Assembly: GCA_963701055.1 (NCBI GenBank)
Contig: OY969563.1
Location: forward strand, 4,980,481 to 5,044,480
DNA: 64,000 nt
From: Candidatus Acidiferrales bacterium
GTDB lineage: Bacteria > Acidobacteriota > Terriglobia > Acidiferrales > UBA7541
Direction: 5' to 3'
The translations under genes and the position numbers were made by a program. Within the stretch, counting starts at the first letter, position 1. Every line of letters starts with the position of its first letter. Shown piece after piece: positions 53,396 through 62,074 of this stretch. A model generated the notes under the pieces. It was not told the origin of the DNA. It searched no databases and worked only from the letters and a program-made list of their open reading frames with translations.

Positions 53396-53790
53396 GCGAT
53401 CCTCCGTCACCAAAATTAGGATCTGGCGAGAGGAGCAACTGAGATGAGTCAAAACTCGCGGAAGTTGGGCCTGAGGCAGGTGCGTCCAAGGGATTTGACC
53501 ATCCCGGAAACACTTCGCTCCTCAGTTCTGGATCCAGCGTGGAATGAGTGCAAATCGTGCGCCGTGAAAACAAATCTGAGGATAATTTCGCAAGTCATTT
53601 CGCGAGCGCGGCCTGCGTGCATAGTAAAAAAATTCAGTGGGGATTTTTGCGCCGTATTTGTGAGAGAATTTGCGCAGAGGCTGCGCCGTTGGCCGCATTT
53701 GCCGGCTTCCTCCGCTCACTGTTACACGAAGGCTTCCACTTTTTCGCCTTGCGCAGAAGTGGCAGATTCTTTAGGCTCTCTCGGGAATCC

Positions 53791-54612
53791 ATGAAACTCC
53801 GCAGAATTACACTGGCGTGGTGCGTCGCCGGGCTCGTACTAGCCGTGAGCGCGGTCACACGCGCTGACGATTTCAAGAATTTCAAGCCCACTGGCTACGT
53901 CACCGACCGCGCCGGAATCATCAATGCCCAGACCAAAACGCAGCTCGAAGCACTCATCACGGAACTCCAGCAAAAGACCGACGCGCAGATGGCCATCGTC
54001 ACGGTCAAATCTCTGGATGGCAATGACATCGACTCTTATGCCGCGGATCTCTATAAGCAGCTAGGCGTCGGGCCAAAGAAAGACGATCGGGGAGTTCTGT
54101 TGCTTGTGGCGCCTAACGACCGTCGCTATCGCGTCGAAGTCGGTTATGGCCTGGAGCCGGTGATCAATGACGCGCGAGCCGGTGACGCCGGCCGGCTGAT
54201 GGCTCCTTACTTTCGCCAGGGCGATTACAGCAGTGGCATTACCGCAGGCGCATGGCAGTTGGCGAAATATGTGGCCGACGACAAGGGAGTCACGCTTACC
54301 GGCGCGCCCCAGTTACGCCCGGTCCGGCAAGAAAAAGATACTGGCAGCCTGGGCATTTGGATTTTTCTGGGTATCATCCTGCTCGTTTTTCTTCTGTCTC
54401 GTTCCGGCGGTTCTGGCAGTAATATCAATCGGCGCGGTGGTGGTATGGGCAGCGGCTGGTGGATTGGCCCCATGATGGGCGGAGGGTGGGGCGGAAGCCG
54501 CGGCGGTTGGGGTGGCGGCGGGGGAGGAGGAGGTTGGGGCGGCGGAGGGGGCGGCTTCGGCGGATTTGGTGGCGGATCGAGCGGCGGAGGCGGGGCAAGC
54601 GGAGGCTGGTAA
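53791..54612 (+). CDS. TPM-domain (YgcG-like) membrane protein with Gly/Trp-rich C-terminal tail
   Basis: A signal peptide is followed by GYVTDRAGIINAQTKTQLEALITELQQKTDAQMAIVTV (TPM fold), a TM, and a tail GGGWGGSRGGWGGGGGGGGWGGGGGGFGGFGGG. Confidence 0.85.
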   Translation: MKLRRITLAWCVAGLVLAVSAVTRADDFKNFKPTGYVTDRAGIINAQTKTQLEALITELQQKTDAQMAIVTVKSLDGNDIDSYAADLYKQLGVGPKKDDRGVLLLVAPNDRRYRVEVGYGLEPVINDARAGDAGRLMAPYFRQGDYSSGITAGAWQLAKYVADDKGVTLTGAPQLRPVRQEKDTGSLGIWIFLGIILLVFLLSRSGGSGSNINRRGGGMGSGWWIGPMMGGGWGGSRGGWGGGGGGGGWGGGGGGFGGFGGGSSGGGGASGGW

Positions 54613-54643
54613 GAGAAATTCACGGAGTAGTGTGGGTGCGATT

Positions 54644-55378
54644 ATGGAAACGAAGCTCGAAGAACTGGTTAGTCGACTAAAGGAAGCGGCCGGCAAGAAT
54701 CTGGAGTCAGTGGTCCTCTATGGATCCGCCGCAAGTGGCACGTACCGGCCAGGAACATCCGATTTGAATGTGCTTTGCACGCTAGTCACGATCGACGTCC
54801 ACGAGTTGCAGTTGCTGGCGCCGGTGGTTCTGTGGTGGACTCGCGAAGAAAAAGAACCAACCCCACTTTTTTTTCTCACCGAAGAATTGCAGCGTTCTAC
54901 CGACGTTTTTCCCATTGAGAGCCTGGATGTCAAACGCGCGCATCGCGTCCTGTTCGGAAGCGATCCTGTCGCCGATCTGGACATTCCCATGAACCTGCAT
55001 CGCGTACAGGTCGAACGTGATCTTCGTTTGCTGCTTTTGCGTTTGCGCCAGCATGTGCTGCACGCCGGAAATAATGAACTGGAATACACCGCTATTCTGA
55101 AGAAAACCGCATCCGCCGCGCTGACTTTGTTGCGACACACCTTGCTGGCCTTTGGCGAAGAACCTCCCGCGGAGCCTTTCGTATTGTTCGAGCGCATTGC
55201 CGCCCTCACGGGGGCCGAGGCCGCGGCGTTTCAGGCCGCATACGACTTTCATGAAGGTGAAGCGTTAACGGACGATTCTTTCGTGCTCTACGATCACTAC
55301 ATCCACGCCCTGGAAAAAGTAGTCATTGCGATGGATCGCCTGGTACCGAAGAAGGAATGGAAGCGGGTTACGCAGTAG
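54644..55378 (+). CDS. Nucleotidyltransferase-domain protein with helical (KNTase-C/HEPN-like) C-terminal half
   Basis: VVLYGSAASGTYRPGTSDLNVLC fits the GS-x9-12-(D/E)x(D/E) minimal NTase motif, except that Asn replaces the second acidic residue. The ATG at 54644 is preferred over the track start. Confidence 0.65.
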   Translation: METKLEELVSRLKEAAGKNLESVVLYGSAASGTYRPGTSDLNVLCTLVTIDVHELQLLAPVVLWWTREEKEPTPLFFLTEELQRSTDVFPIESLDVKRAHRVLFGSDPVADLDIPMNLHRVQVERDLRLLLLRLRQHVLHAGNNELEYTAILKKTASAALTLLRHTLLAFGEEPPAEPFVLFERIAALTGAEAAAFQAAYDFHEGEALTDDSFVLYDHYIHALEKVVIAMDRLVPKKEWKRVTQ

Positions 55379-55408
55379 AAGCCTGAAACTCAATCGATCG
55401 AGGTGGAT

Positions 55409-56029
55409 ATGAAAGCGGGAATCGTAATTCTGGTTGTTCTCTTGATCCTGGCATTTGTCTTAGGCTCAGCCTACGTCAGCCGGCGAAATCAAATGGCCAT
55501 CAAGCGAGAGGCTGTGAACGCCGCCTGGGCTCAGGTGGACGTGGTTCTGCAACGCCGCGCGGACCTCATCCCTAACCTGGTGCAAACCGTCAAAGGCTAT
55601 GCCGTTCAGGAGCAGACTGTCTTCGGCGACATCGCCGCGGCGCGCGCAGCCCTCGTGGGCGCAAAGACTCCCTCCGATAAAATCGCGGCGAACGGACAGT
55701 TGGACTCCGCTCTCAGCCGCTTGCTCGTCATCGTCGAAAATTATCCGCAACTGAAATCCAACGAAAATTTCATGCGCCTCCAGGACGAACTGGCAGGTAC
55801 CGAGAATCGCATCGCGGTCGAGCGCAAACGCTATAACGATACAGTGCAGGACTACAACACATACATTTCATTGTTCCCGAACAGCCTGGTCGCCGGCTTC
55901 GGCGGCTTTACACGCAACGACGCCTACTTCAAGACCGATGAGGGCGCACGCCAGGCCCCCAAGGTCAATTTTGATTTCAACAAGCCGGCCGCAACACCAG
56001 CACCGACTCCAGCTCCCGCGCATCCCTAG
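55409..56029 (+). CDS. lemA: LemA family protein
   Basis: An N-terminal TM is followed by AWAQVDVVLQRRADLIPNLVQTVKGYAVQEQTVF and ENYPQLKSNENF, which are characteristic LemA blocks. Confidence 0.9.
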   Translation: MKAGIVILVVLLILAFVLGSAYVSRRNQMAIKREAVNAAWAQVDVVLQRRADLIPNLVQTVKGYAVQEQTVFGDIAAARAALVGAKTPSDKIAANGQLDSALSRLLVIVENYPQLKSNENFMRLQDELAGTENRIAVERKRYNDTVQDYNTYISLFPNSLVAGFGGFTRNDAYFKTDEGARQAPKVNFDFNKPAATPAPTPAPAHP

Positions 56030-56047
56030 AACGAAACGTGTGCCAAT

Positions 56048-56076
56048 GGCCGGGAGCCGATGCAGCGGCCTTTTTT
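56048..56076 (+). terminator. Candidate rho-independent terminator after lemA
   Basis: GGCCG-(13 nt)-CGGCC followed by TTTTTT. The stem is short, hence moderate confidence. Confidence 0.45.
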
Positions 56077-56088
56077 GTTTGCTTGACG

Positions 56089-57219
56089 TTAGCTCAAGAA
56101 CTCACTGAGCAGCGTGTGGAAATGGTGCACGCCGTTTTCGCGCTTTACCGAATAGCGGCCACGGTCGTACGTGGCGGACTGCAACCCCCGCTGCACTGCT
56201 TCGCAAATGTGAATGTCTTCCTTCTGCACGACATCGCTGAAGGCAACGGCTTTCGCCACCCGCTCGCAAGCCCGCGGCGAATCCTCATCATTGAAGTACC
56301 ATTCGAAAATTGTCAGCGTTTTGTCGTGTGACAAAGGCACAATCACATTCGTCGATAAATTGTCTGGATAAAAATTTAACATCAGGTTCGGGAACACCCA
56401 AAAATACAGCGCTGCTTTTAACCCTGCCGCGGCAGGCGCATAAACGCGTTCCTTTCCCTCACCCGGCTTCACTTCCTTTACCGGCCCAAGCTGCTGCGAA
56501 TGGTAGCGAAAGGTTTCGCAGCGATAGTGCGGGTAATCGATCTCCCTCATCAACCCGGGATGGACAATCGGGATGTGATAGCCCTCAAGATAGTTGTCGA
56601 CATACACTTTCCAGTTGCAATTCACGATGTAGTCGCGCCGCTCCGTAAGCTTCAACCCGGAAAAGGAAAACTCGCGCGCCAACTCCGGAATGTTTCCCAG
56701 ATATTCCGACAGCGACGGCCCCACGGCTGCAAAATTAACGAAGATGAACTGCTGCCACGTTTCGCAGCGGACTGGCACCATTCCCATAGTCGAGCGATCA
56801 AAAAACTCCATGCCTTCCACTTCGGGCGTGCCGATCAACCTGCCGTCCAGGGTGTACGTCCAGCCGTGATACGCGCAATTAAAAACCTTGCGGCAGCCGG
56901 CTCCCTCTGCAATTGGTCCCGCTCGATGACGGCAAACGTTGCTGAATGCGCGCAGCTTGCCCGCCACGTCCCGCACCACCACGACAGGCTCACCCGCCAC
57001 GTCAGCCGTGAAATAGGATTCCGGATCGGCAATCGTTCGCAGCTTGCCATTCACTTCGCCGCAAGGCTGGCTCAGCGTTCCCACCAGTTGCCAGGTCCGA
57101 CGAAAAATTCTCGCCTTCTCCAACACCAGCACTCCCGGCTCCGTATAAAACCGTGAAACCAGTGTTTCCGCACATTCCAATTGTGGATTTACATCGACCC
57201 GAATGGGTTGCGTCTTCAT
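56089..57219 (-). CDS. Rieske [2Fe-2S] non-heme iron oxygenase, alpha-subunit type
   Basis: Rieske motif CRHRAGPI...CAYHGWTY, and a C-terminal catalytic domain with NYLEGYHIPIVHP (His ligands). Confidence 0.85.
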   Translation of the reverse strand: MKTQPIRVDVNPQLECAETLVSRFYTEPGVLVLEKARIFRRTWQLVGTLSQPCGEVNGKLRTIADPESYFTADVAGEPVVVVRDVAGKLRAFSNVCRHRAGPIAEGAGCRKVFNCAYHGWTYTLDGRLIGTPEVEGMEFFDRSTMGMVPVRCETWQQFIFVNFAAVGPSLSEYLGNIPELAREFSFSGLKLTERRDYIVNCNWKVYVDNYLEGYHIPIVHPGLMREIDYPHYRCETFRYHSQQLGPVKEVKPGEGKERVYAPAAAGLKAALYFWVFPNLMLNFYPDNLSTNVIVPLSHDKTLTIFEWYFNDEDSPRACERVAKAVAFSDVVQKEDIHICEAVQRGLQSATYDRGRYSVKRENGVHHFHTLLSEFLS

Positions 57220-57370
57220 GGAAAGAAGCTACCAGAATCGACAGCGGCCAGCCAACTGCCCGGTGTCCCAATTCGCCCAGCTATATATGTTGTCATCCGG
57301 AGCAGCGCCTTCTGCGACGAAGGATCTCAACGGTTCCATACCGCCGGTGCAAAAATCTAAGCGCTCTGCT

Positions 57371-58864
57371 TCAGAACTTGCGTGTTTCCTGCCGCGACCA
57401 TCGCTCCACCACAATCTTCGATTCCGTATAGAACTCGACTGCGTCCTTGCCTTGCGCGTGGAGAATCCCGAAAAAGCTTTCTTTCCACCCGCTGAAAGGG
57501 AAATATGCCATCGGCGCAGCCACGCCGATATTGATGCCGATGTTTCCTGCCGGCGCTTCGTAACGAAACTTCCGCGCCGCCGCTCCGCTGGTGGTGAACA
57601 GCGAAGCCTGGTTGCCATACGGGCTCTTGCGCACAAATTCGATAGCTTCATCAATGCTGTCGGCGTGGATCAAGCTTAGCACTGGACCAAAAATCTCCGT
57701 ATTTGCCAACGAACTCGAAGCCTGCACACCATCCAGAATCGTCGGCTTCAGGAAATTGCCGTTTTCGTGCCCGGCAACTTTTGTATTTCGGCCGTCGATG
57801 ATCGCTTTCGCGCCGTCCTTCACGCCCGTTCCTATTAACGATTCGATGCGCGACTTACTGTCCTTCGAAATCACAGGCCCCATCTGGACGCCTGCGTCCA
57901 AGCCGAACCCAACCTTAATGGACGAAGCGGCGTCTGCGATCGCATCTCGGAACGTCTTCTGCGCTTCGCCAATCGTCACGGCAACGGATACCGCCAGGCA
58001 CCGCTGGCCCGCGCATCCAAATGCGGAATCACTGATGATCTGCTTGGCCAGATCCATATCCGCATCTGGCAGCACGATGACGTGATTCTTCGCGCCTCCT
58101 TGGCATTGCATGCGCTTCCCAGCCGCCGCCGAACGCTGATAAACGTGCTTCGCCACCGGCGTCGAGCCCACAAAACTCACCGCTCGCACCGCGGGATGAT
58201 CGCACAGCGCATCGACCACTTCCCGGCCGCCATTGACCACGTTGACCACGCCCTTGGGAATCCCCGTCTTTTCAACAAGCTCAATGATGCGACGCACCGT
58301 AATCGGCACGCGCTCGCTCGGCTTCAACACAAACGTATTTCCGCACGCCACAGCGTACGGCAAAAACCAGAACGGAATCATCGCCGGAAAATTGAAGGGC
58401 ACAATCGCCGCAACCACTCCCAGCGGCTGGCGGATCAACGTTTCGTCCACGCCCGGAGTAATATCTTCCAGGTTGTAGCCCTGCATCATCATCGGAATGC
58501 CGCAAGCCACTTCCACGTTTTCGATTCCGCGCCGCAGTTCCGCCTTCGCCTCGCCGAACGTCTTGCCATTTTCCAGCGTGATCAACCGCGACAATTCGTC
58601 GATATGTTCTTCCAGAAGAACCTTTAGCTTGAACAAATACTGAATGCGCTCACCCGCAGGTGTACGGCGCCATGCCGGGAATGCCGTGGCCGCGGCTTGC
58701 ACCACCGTGTCCACATCGGCCTTGGAAGAAAGCGGTGTGTGCGCGATCACATCGCCGCTCGCGGGATTTATGACGTCCGTAAATTTCGTTGCGGACGATT
58801 TGTGCCACGCGCCGCCAAAATAATTCAGAATTTCCGTTACCGGGGTGGTTGCTGTACTGCTCAT
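57371..58864 (-). CDS. mmsA: CoA-acylating methylmalonate-semialdehyde dehydrogenase
   Basis: ALDH fold with catalytic GQRCLA and the MMSDH-typical C-terminus [12 protein letters not shown] prefer the ATG at 58864 (497 aa). Confidence 0.85.
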   Translation of the reverse strand: MSSTATTPVTEILNYFGGAWHKSSATKFTDVINPASGDVIAHTPLSSKADVDTVVQAAATAFPAWRRTPAGERIQYLFKLKVLLEEHIDELSRLITLENGKTFGEAKAELRRGIENVEVACGIPMMMQGYNLEDITPGVDETLIRQPLGVVAAIVPFNFPAMIPFWFLPYAVACGNTFVLKPSERVPITVRRIIELVEKTGIPKGVVNVVNGGREVVDALCDHPAVRAVSFVGSTPVAKHVYQRSAAAGKRMQCQGGAKNHVIVLPDADMDLAKQIISDSAFGCAGQRCLAVSVAVTIGEAQKTFRDAIADAASSIKVGFGLDAGVQMGPVISKDSKSRIESLIGTGVKDGAKAIIDGRNTKVAGHENGNFLKPTILDGVQASSSLANTEIFGPVLSLIHADSIDEAIEFVRKSPYGNQASLFTTSGAAARKFRYEAPAGNIGINIGVAAPMAYFPFSGWKESFFGILHAQGKDAVEFYTESKIVVERWSRQETRKF

Positions 58865-58992
58865 GCGAGAGCTCCGTGCCTCCACCCGCTTCGCGGCGAG
58901 TGGCAGGGCTTGCTATATGAAGAATAGCGGTCCATCGGACCGAAAATCAGCACCGCCAGTTTATCAAAAATGCCGGCCTTCCGGGCCCCACC

Positions 58993-59418
58993 TCACGCCT
59001 CCCAGGGATTCAACAGCTGCACGCTCGCGTCCGCAAAATCGCTCATGTTGCGAGAAACGATCGTAAGATTGTGCTGAATCGCTGTCGCTGCCAGGAGTCC
59101 GTCGATGATCGAAGGAGCTTTCCCATTCTTCTTTGCACCGGCAGAAAGCAATCCCCAGCGGTCCGCGACCTCTTCGTCGATCGCTAACACTCTGCCGCGG
59201 AAACGCTCCCGGAGTTCTGTCTCAAGCCAGGTTTCCAGGCGCGTTCTGCGCCTGCTCTGCGGCATGCTTGCCAACCCTTTCCGTATCTCGCCGAAAGTTA
59301 GCACGCTTAGGTACAGCACACTTTCGTCCGCTGCTTCCATCCAGGCTAACACTCTTGCGTGCGGGGAAGGACGGACAAGCTCGGAGATACAATTTGTATC
59401 GAGAAGAAACCCGTTCAT
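58993..59418 (-). CDS. vapC: PIN-domain toxin VapC (type II TA)
   Basis: MNGFLLDTNCISE...LTFGEIRKG...IIDGLLAATA...NMSDF. All four conserved acidic positions of the PIN fold are present. The start overlaps the stop of the upstream antitoxin fragment (59415-59418). Confidence 0.85.
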   Translation of the reverse strand: MNGFLLDTNCISELVRPSPHARVLAWMEAADESVLYLSVLTFGEIRKGLASMPQSRRRTRLETWLETELRERFRGRVLAIDEEVADRWGLLSAGAKKNGKAPSIIDGLLAATAIQHNLTIVSRNMSDFADASVQLLNPWEA

Positions 59419-59531
59419 AGCTCGAGATCGCGCCCTTTGTCTTTGTCCCTTTCCAGATCGAGTTCAACTCCCACAAGAGGAGACTCGCGGAAAAATTGCA
59501 CAAGGCTTATTGGTTGATGAGACTTGCCAAC
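59415..59531 (-). pseudogene. C-terminal fragment of a Phd/YefM-type antitoxin (split by an IS)
   Basis: Encodes VGKSHQPISLVQFFRESPLVGVELDLERDKDKGRDLEL. It joins in frame to the N-terminal fragment at 60691..60873 once the IS is removed. Confidence 0.75.
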
Positions 59532-59533
59532 TA

Positions 59534-59553
59534 GTGTTCTGTCCCATAAATAA
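59534..59553 (+). repeat. Left terminal inverted repeat of the IS630-family element
   Basis: GTGTTCTGTCCCATAAATAA, immediately after the TA. Confidence 0.8.
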
Positions 59554-59608
59554 CTGGTCTTAGTATTGCTGGGAATATAGGTATCTCCCGTGCACAATGG
59601 AGGTGCCT

Positions 59609-60693
59609 ATGGCGATGGGACGACCGAAATCGACGGTGGTGTTGGATTTGGAACTGCGTGAACAGTTGGACAGCTTGGCCAAGTCACGTTCTCTTCCCGC
59701 TGGCTTAGTGCGTCGAGCCAAGATTATCTTGTTGAGCGCTTCTGGGAAGAACGACCGAGAGATTGCCGCACAACTGGAGACGAGCAGGATCACGGTCGGC
59801 CTGTGGCGGCGACGGTTCCTGGCACAGGGGGTGTCAGGACTCTACGACGAGTTACGCCCAGGTCGCCCCCGCCCGATTAGCGACGAGCGAGTTGCCCAAT
59901 TAGTCCGCAAGACGCTGAAGTCGAAACCCAAAGCCGCAACGCACTGGAGTATCCGTCAGATTGCCGACGAGACGGGAGTTTCGAAATCGACAGTGCACCG
60001 CATCTGGCAGGCGTTTGGCTTGCAACCGCATCGACAAAAGCATTTCAAGCTCTCGAACGATCCATTTTTTGTAGAAAAAGTACGGGATATTGTAGGGCTG
60101 TATCTGAATCCCCCGGAAAATGCAGTGGTTTTGTGCGTGGATGAGAAGAGCGGAATTCAAGCATTGGAACGCACCCAACCGATGTTGCCACTCGGATTGG
60201 GTTATGTCGAAGGAGTGACTCACGATTATCGACGCCACGGAACCACCACGCTGTTTGCCGCACTGGACACGGCAAACGGCAAAGTGCTCACGAAATGTCG
60301 ACCGCGTCACCGGCATCAGGAATATCTGAGTTTTCTTCGGGAGATTGAAAAGAACGTCCCGAAGAACTTAGAAGTGCACATCATCGTGGATAATTACGCC
60401 ACGCACAAACATCGGAGAGTTAGACGCTGGTTCGCCACACGGCCACGGTTCCACGTACACTTCACTCTAACCTATGCCTCCTGGCTCAAGTCGAAATCTG
60501 GTTCAATCGCATCACGCAACAGGCTCTTCGCCGGGGAACGTTTAGCAGCGTGAAGGAACTGGTCACAAAAATCGATCACTCCGTCAAGAATTCCAACCGC
60601 AATGCACAGCCTTTCGTCTGGACCGCCACAGCGGATTCGATATTCGCCAAAGTCGAACGACTATGCGAACGTATTTACGGGACAACACACTAA
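59609..60693 (+). pseudogene. IS630-family DDE transposase, frameshifted just before the catalytic Glu
   Basis: N-terminal HTH (LPAGLVRRAKIILLSASGKNDREIAAQLETSRITVGLWRRRF). DDE core: VLCVDEKS, IIVDNYATHK. After ASWL the frame breaks near 60488. The -1 frame continues QVEIWFNRITQQALRRGTFSSVKELVTKIDH...FVWTATADSIFAKVERLCERIYGTTH. The 1085-nt span needs +4 nt to become a multiple of 3. Confidence 0.8.
60671..60690 (-). repeat. Right terminal inverted repeat of the IS630-family element
   Basis: The reverse complement reads GTGTGTTGTCCCGTAAATAC, immediately before the TA. Confidence 0.8.
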
Positions 60694-60873
60694 CTGGTCA
60701 TATCGTTCGTGGGAAATCATCACCACCGCTTCCGTGCCTTGCCGAGTGATAACCTGCGGCCCCTCGGTTCTGGCTCGCCGGAAAACCTCGCTAAATCGTG
60801 CCTTGGCGGTCTGCACCTGCCAGGACGGTCCGGTGATTTTCGACTTCAGTGTCTTTCGGGGATTGCCAGCCAT
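60691..60873 (-). pseudogene. N-terminal fragment of a Phd/YefM-type antitoxin (split by an IS)
   Basis: WQVQTAKARFSEVFRRARTEGPQVITRQGTEAVVMISHERYDQL is the typical Phd/YefM N-domain. The reading frame then runs into the IS right end. Confidence 0.75.
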
Positions 60874-60894
60874 TGACCATCCTGACTAGTCTAA

Positions 60895-60988
60895 CTAGAA
60901 CTTATCTCATAAATGCTTTGGGGTCGCCAAAGTCCTTGAAAAAGCGGCCGTTTAGATCGGGCCCAACCATTTATGAGATGGCTTCTAG
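60895..60988. promoter_or_regulatory. Imperfect 21-nt inverted repeat pair with inner hairpin upstream of the split antitoxin gene (candidate TA operator/promoter region or MITE remnant)
   Basis: CTAGAACTTATCTCATAAATG (60895-60915) and CATTTATGAGATGGCTTCTAG (60968-60988) are complementary at 18/21 positions. The inner hairpin is CTTTGG-ggtcg-CCAAAG. Confidence 0.35.
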
Positions 60989-61058
60989 TCATAGTATCTG
61001 CGCCCAGACCTAGCTCGTCAAGCGCGAACCCGATCCAGGTGTATATGCTTGGGAACTC

Positions 61059-62039
61059 CTACTTGATCGAGGCGTATGCCTCATAGGCGGCGCCAATCAG
61101 CGGCGCGGACTCGTTCAGCACGATCGAAACCGGCACGTCCGCAAGCATCTTTTCAAAGTGCCACTTGTCTTGAAACGATTTAAAGAACGTTCCATCCTTC
61201 ATCTTCGGCAGAATTTTTACCGCGATGCCGCCCGCGACGTAAACTCCGCCAAGCGCCAGCACCTTCAACGCGAGATTGCCGGCTTCGGCCCCATAAATAT
61301 TCGTCCAAAGATCCAACGCTTCCACGCACACAGGGCACGAGCGGTCCAGCCCACTCTTGGTGATAAACGGAGCGGGATCCGCATCGGGATCTTCAAAAAT
61401 AGGGTGTTTCACGCTTGGCGCGATGAATTCATGCAGCGTGCGAAAGCCGCGTCCGGAAAGAATCAATTCCCAACTCACTTGCGGATAGCGATGCCTCATG
61501 AATTTCAACAACTCGATCTGCTGATCCGACCGTGGCGAATAATCGGAATGTCCGCCCTCGCTGGGCACCACCTTATAGCGGTTGCCATCCCAAAATAAAA
61601 TTCCTTCGCCCAAGCCCGTACCCGCCGCCAGCAAAGCCCGCGACGCCCCCGGAACGGGTGTTCCCTGGTTTAATACGCAAAAATCTCCGGGAGGAAGATG
61701 CTCAAGACTGTGGCCAGTGGCGCCAAGGTCGTTTACCAACACGATGGATTTGACGCCCACTTCGTGCGCCAATATTTCGGCGTCCACAATCCATGGCAAA
61801 TTGGTCGCATGAATGCGGTTATCAATGACCGGGCCAGCCACTCCGAATCCCGCGGCACGAATTTTCTCTTGGCCCAGGTAGGGCGCGGCTCGCCGCGAAA
61901 ATTCCCTGATAATCAGATCAAACTGCGCAAATTCCTTGCTGGCAAAGCGCTCGCGAAATACGAATTCCAGCTTTCCGTTTTTTTCCGCAAATAGTGCCAG
62001 ATTGCATTTTGTGCCACCGACGTCGCCTGCGAGGATCAC
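61059..62039 (-). CDS. glk: Glucokinase
   Basis: MILAGDVGGTKCNLALF is the Glk N-terminal ATP-binding motif. Length of 326 aa and the remaining blocks (GTGLGEG, GGGIA) fit Glk. Confidence 0.9.
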   Translation of the reverse strand: MILAGDVGGTKCNLALFAEKNGKLEFVFRERFASKEFAQFDLIIREFSRRAAPYLGQEKIRAAGFGVAGPVIDNRIHATNLPWIVDAEILAHEVGVKSIVLVNDLGATGHSLEHLPPGDFCVLNQGTPVPGASRALLAAGTGLGEGILFWDGNRYKVVPSEGGHSDYSPRSDQQIELLKFMRHRYPQVSWELILSGRGFRTLHEFIAPSVKHPIFEDPDADPAPFITKSGLDRSCPVCVEALDLWTNIYGAEAGNLALKVLALGGVYVAGGIAVKILPKMKDGTFFKSFQDKWHFEKMLADVPVSIVLNESAPLIGAAYEAYASIK

Positions 62040-62074
62040 CTTGCCTCCGAACCAATTCCTTATATTAAACCGTT

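Larger units (their letters stand above)
59534..60690 (+). mobile_element. IS630-family insertion sequence (1157 bp) flanked by a TA target-site duplication
   Basis: The terminal inverted repeats GTGTTCTGTCCCATAAATA (left) and the complement of TATTTACGGGACAACACAC (right) match at 16/19 positions. TA is present at 59532-59533 and 60691-60692. A single transposase gene lies inside. Confidence 0.85.

Noticed and set aside
54470-54600. A G-rich repetitive tract (GGNGGNGG...) that might be a tandem repeat, a G-quadruplex cluster or a degenerate array.
   Set aside because: It is in frame and encodes the Gly/Trp-rich tail that is a regular feature of TPM/YgcG-like proteins. There is no spacer-repeat periodicity.
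59551-59559. A 9-nt identity TAACTGGTC inside the IS left end (59551-59559) and in the right flank (60691-60699), which could suggest different IS boundaries.
   Set aside because: Using those boundaries destroys the antitoxin reading frame. The 59534/60690 boundaries instead give matching TIRs, a TA duplication and an in-frame antitoxin. This is probably coincidence or target-site preference.
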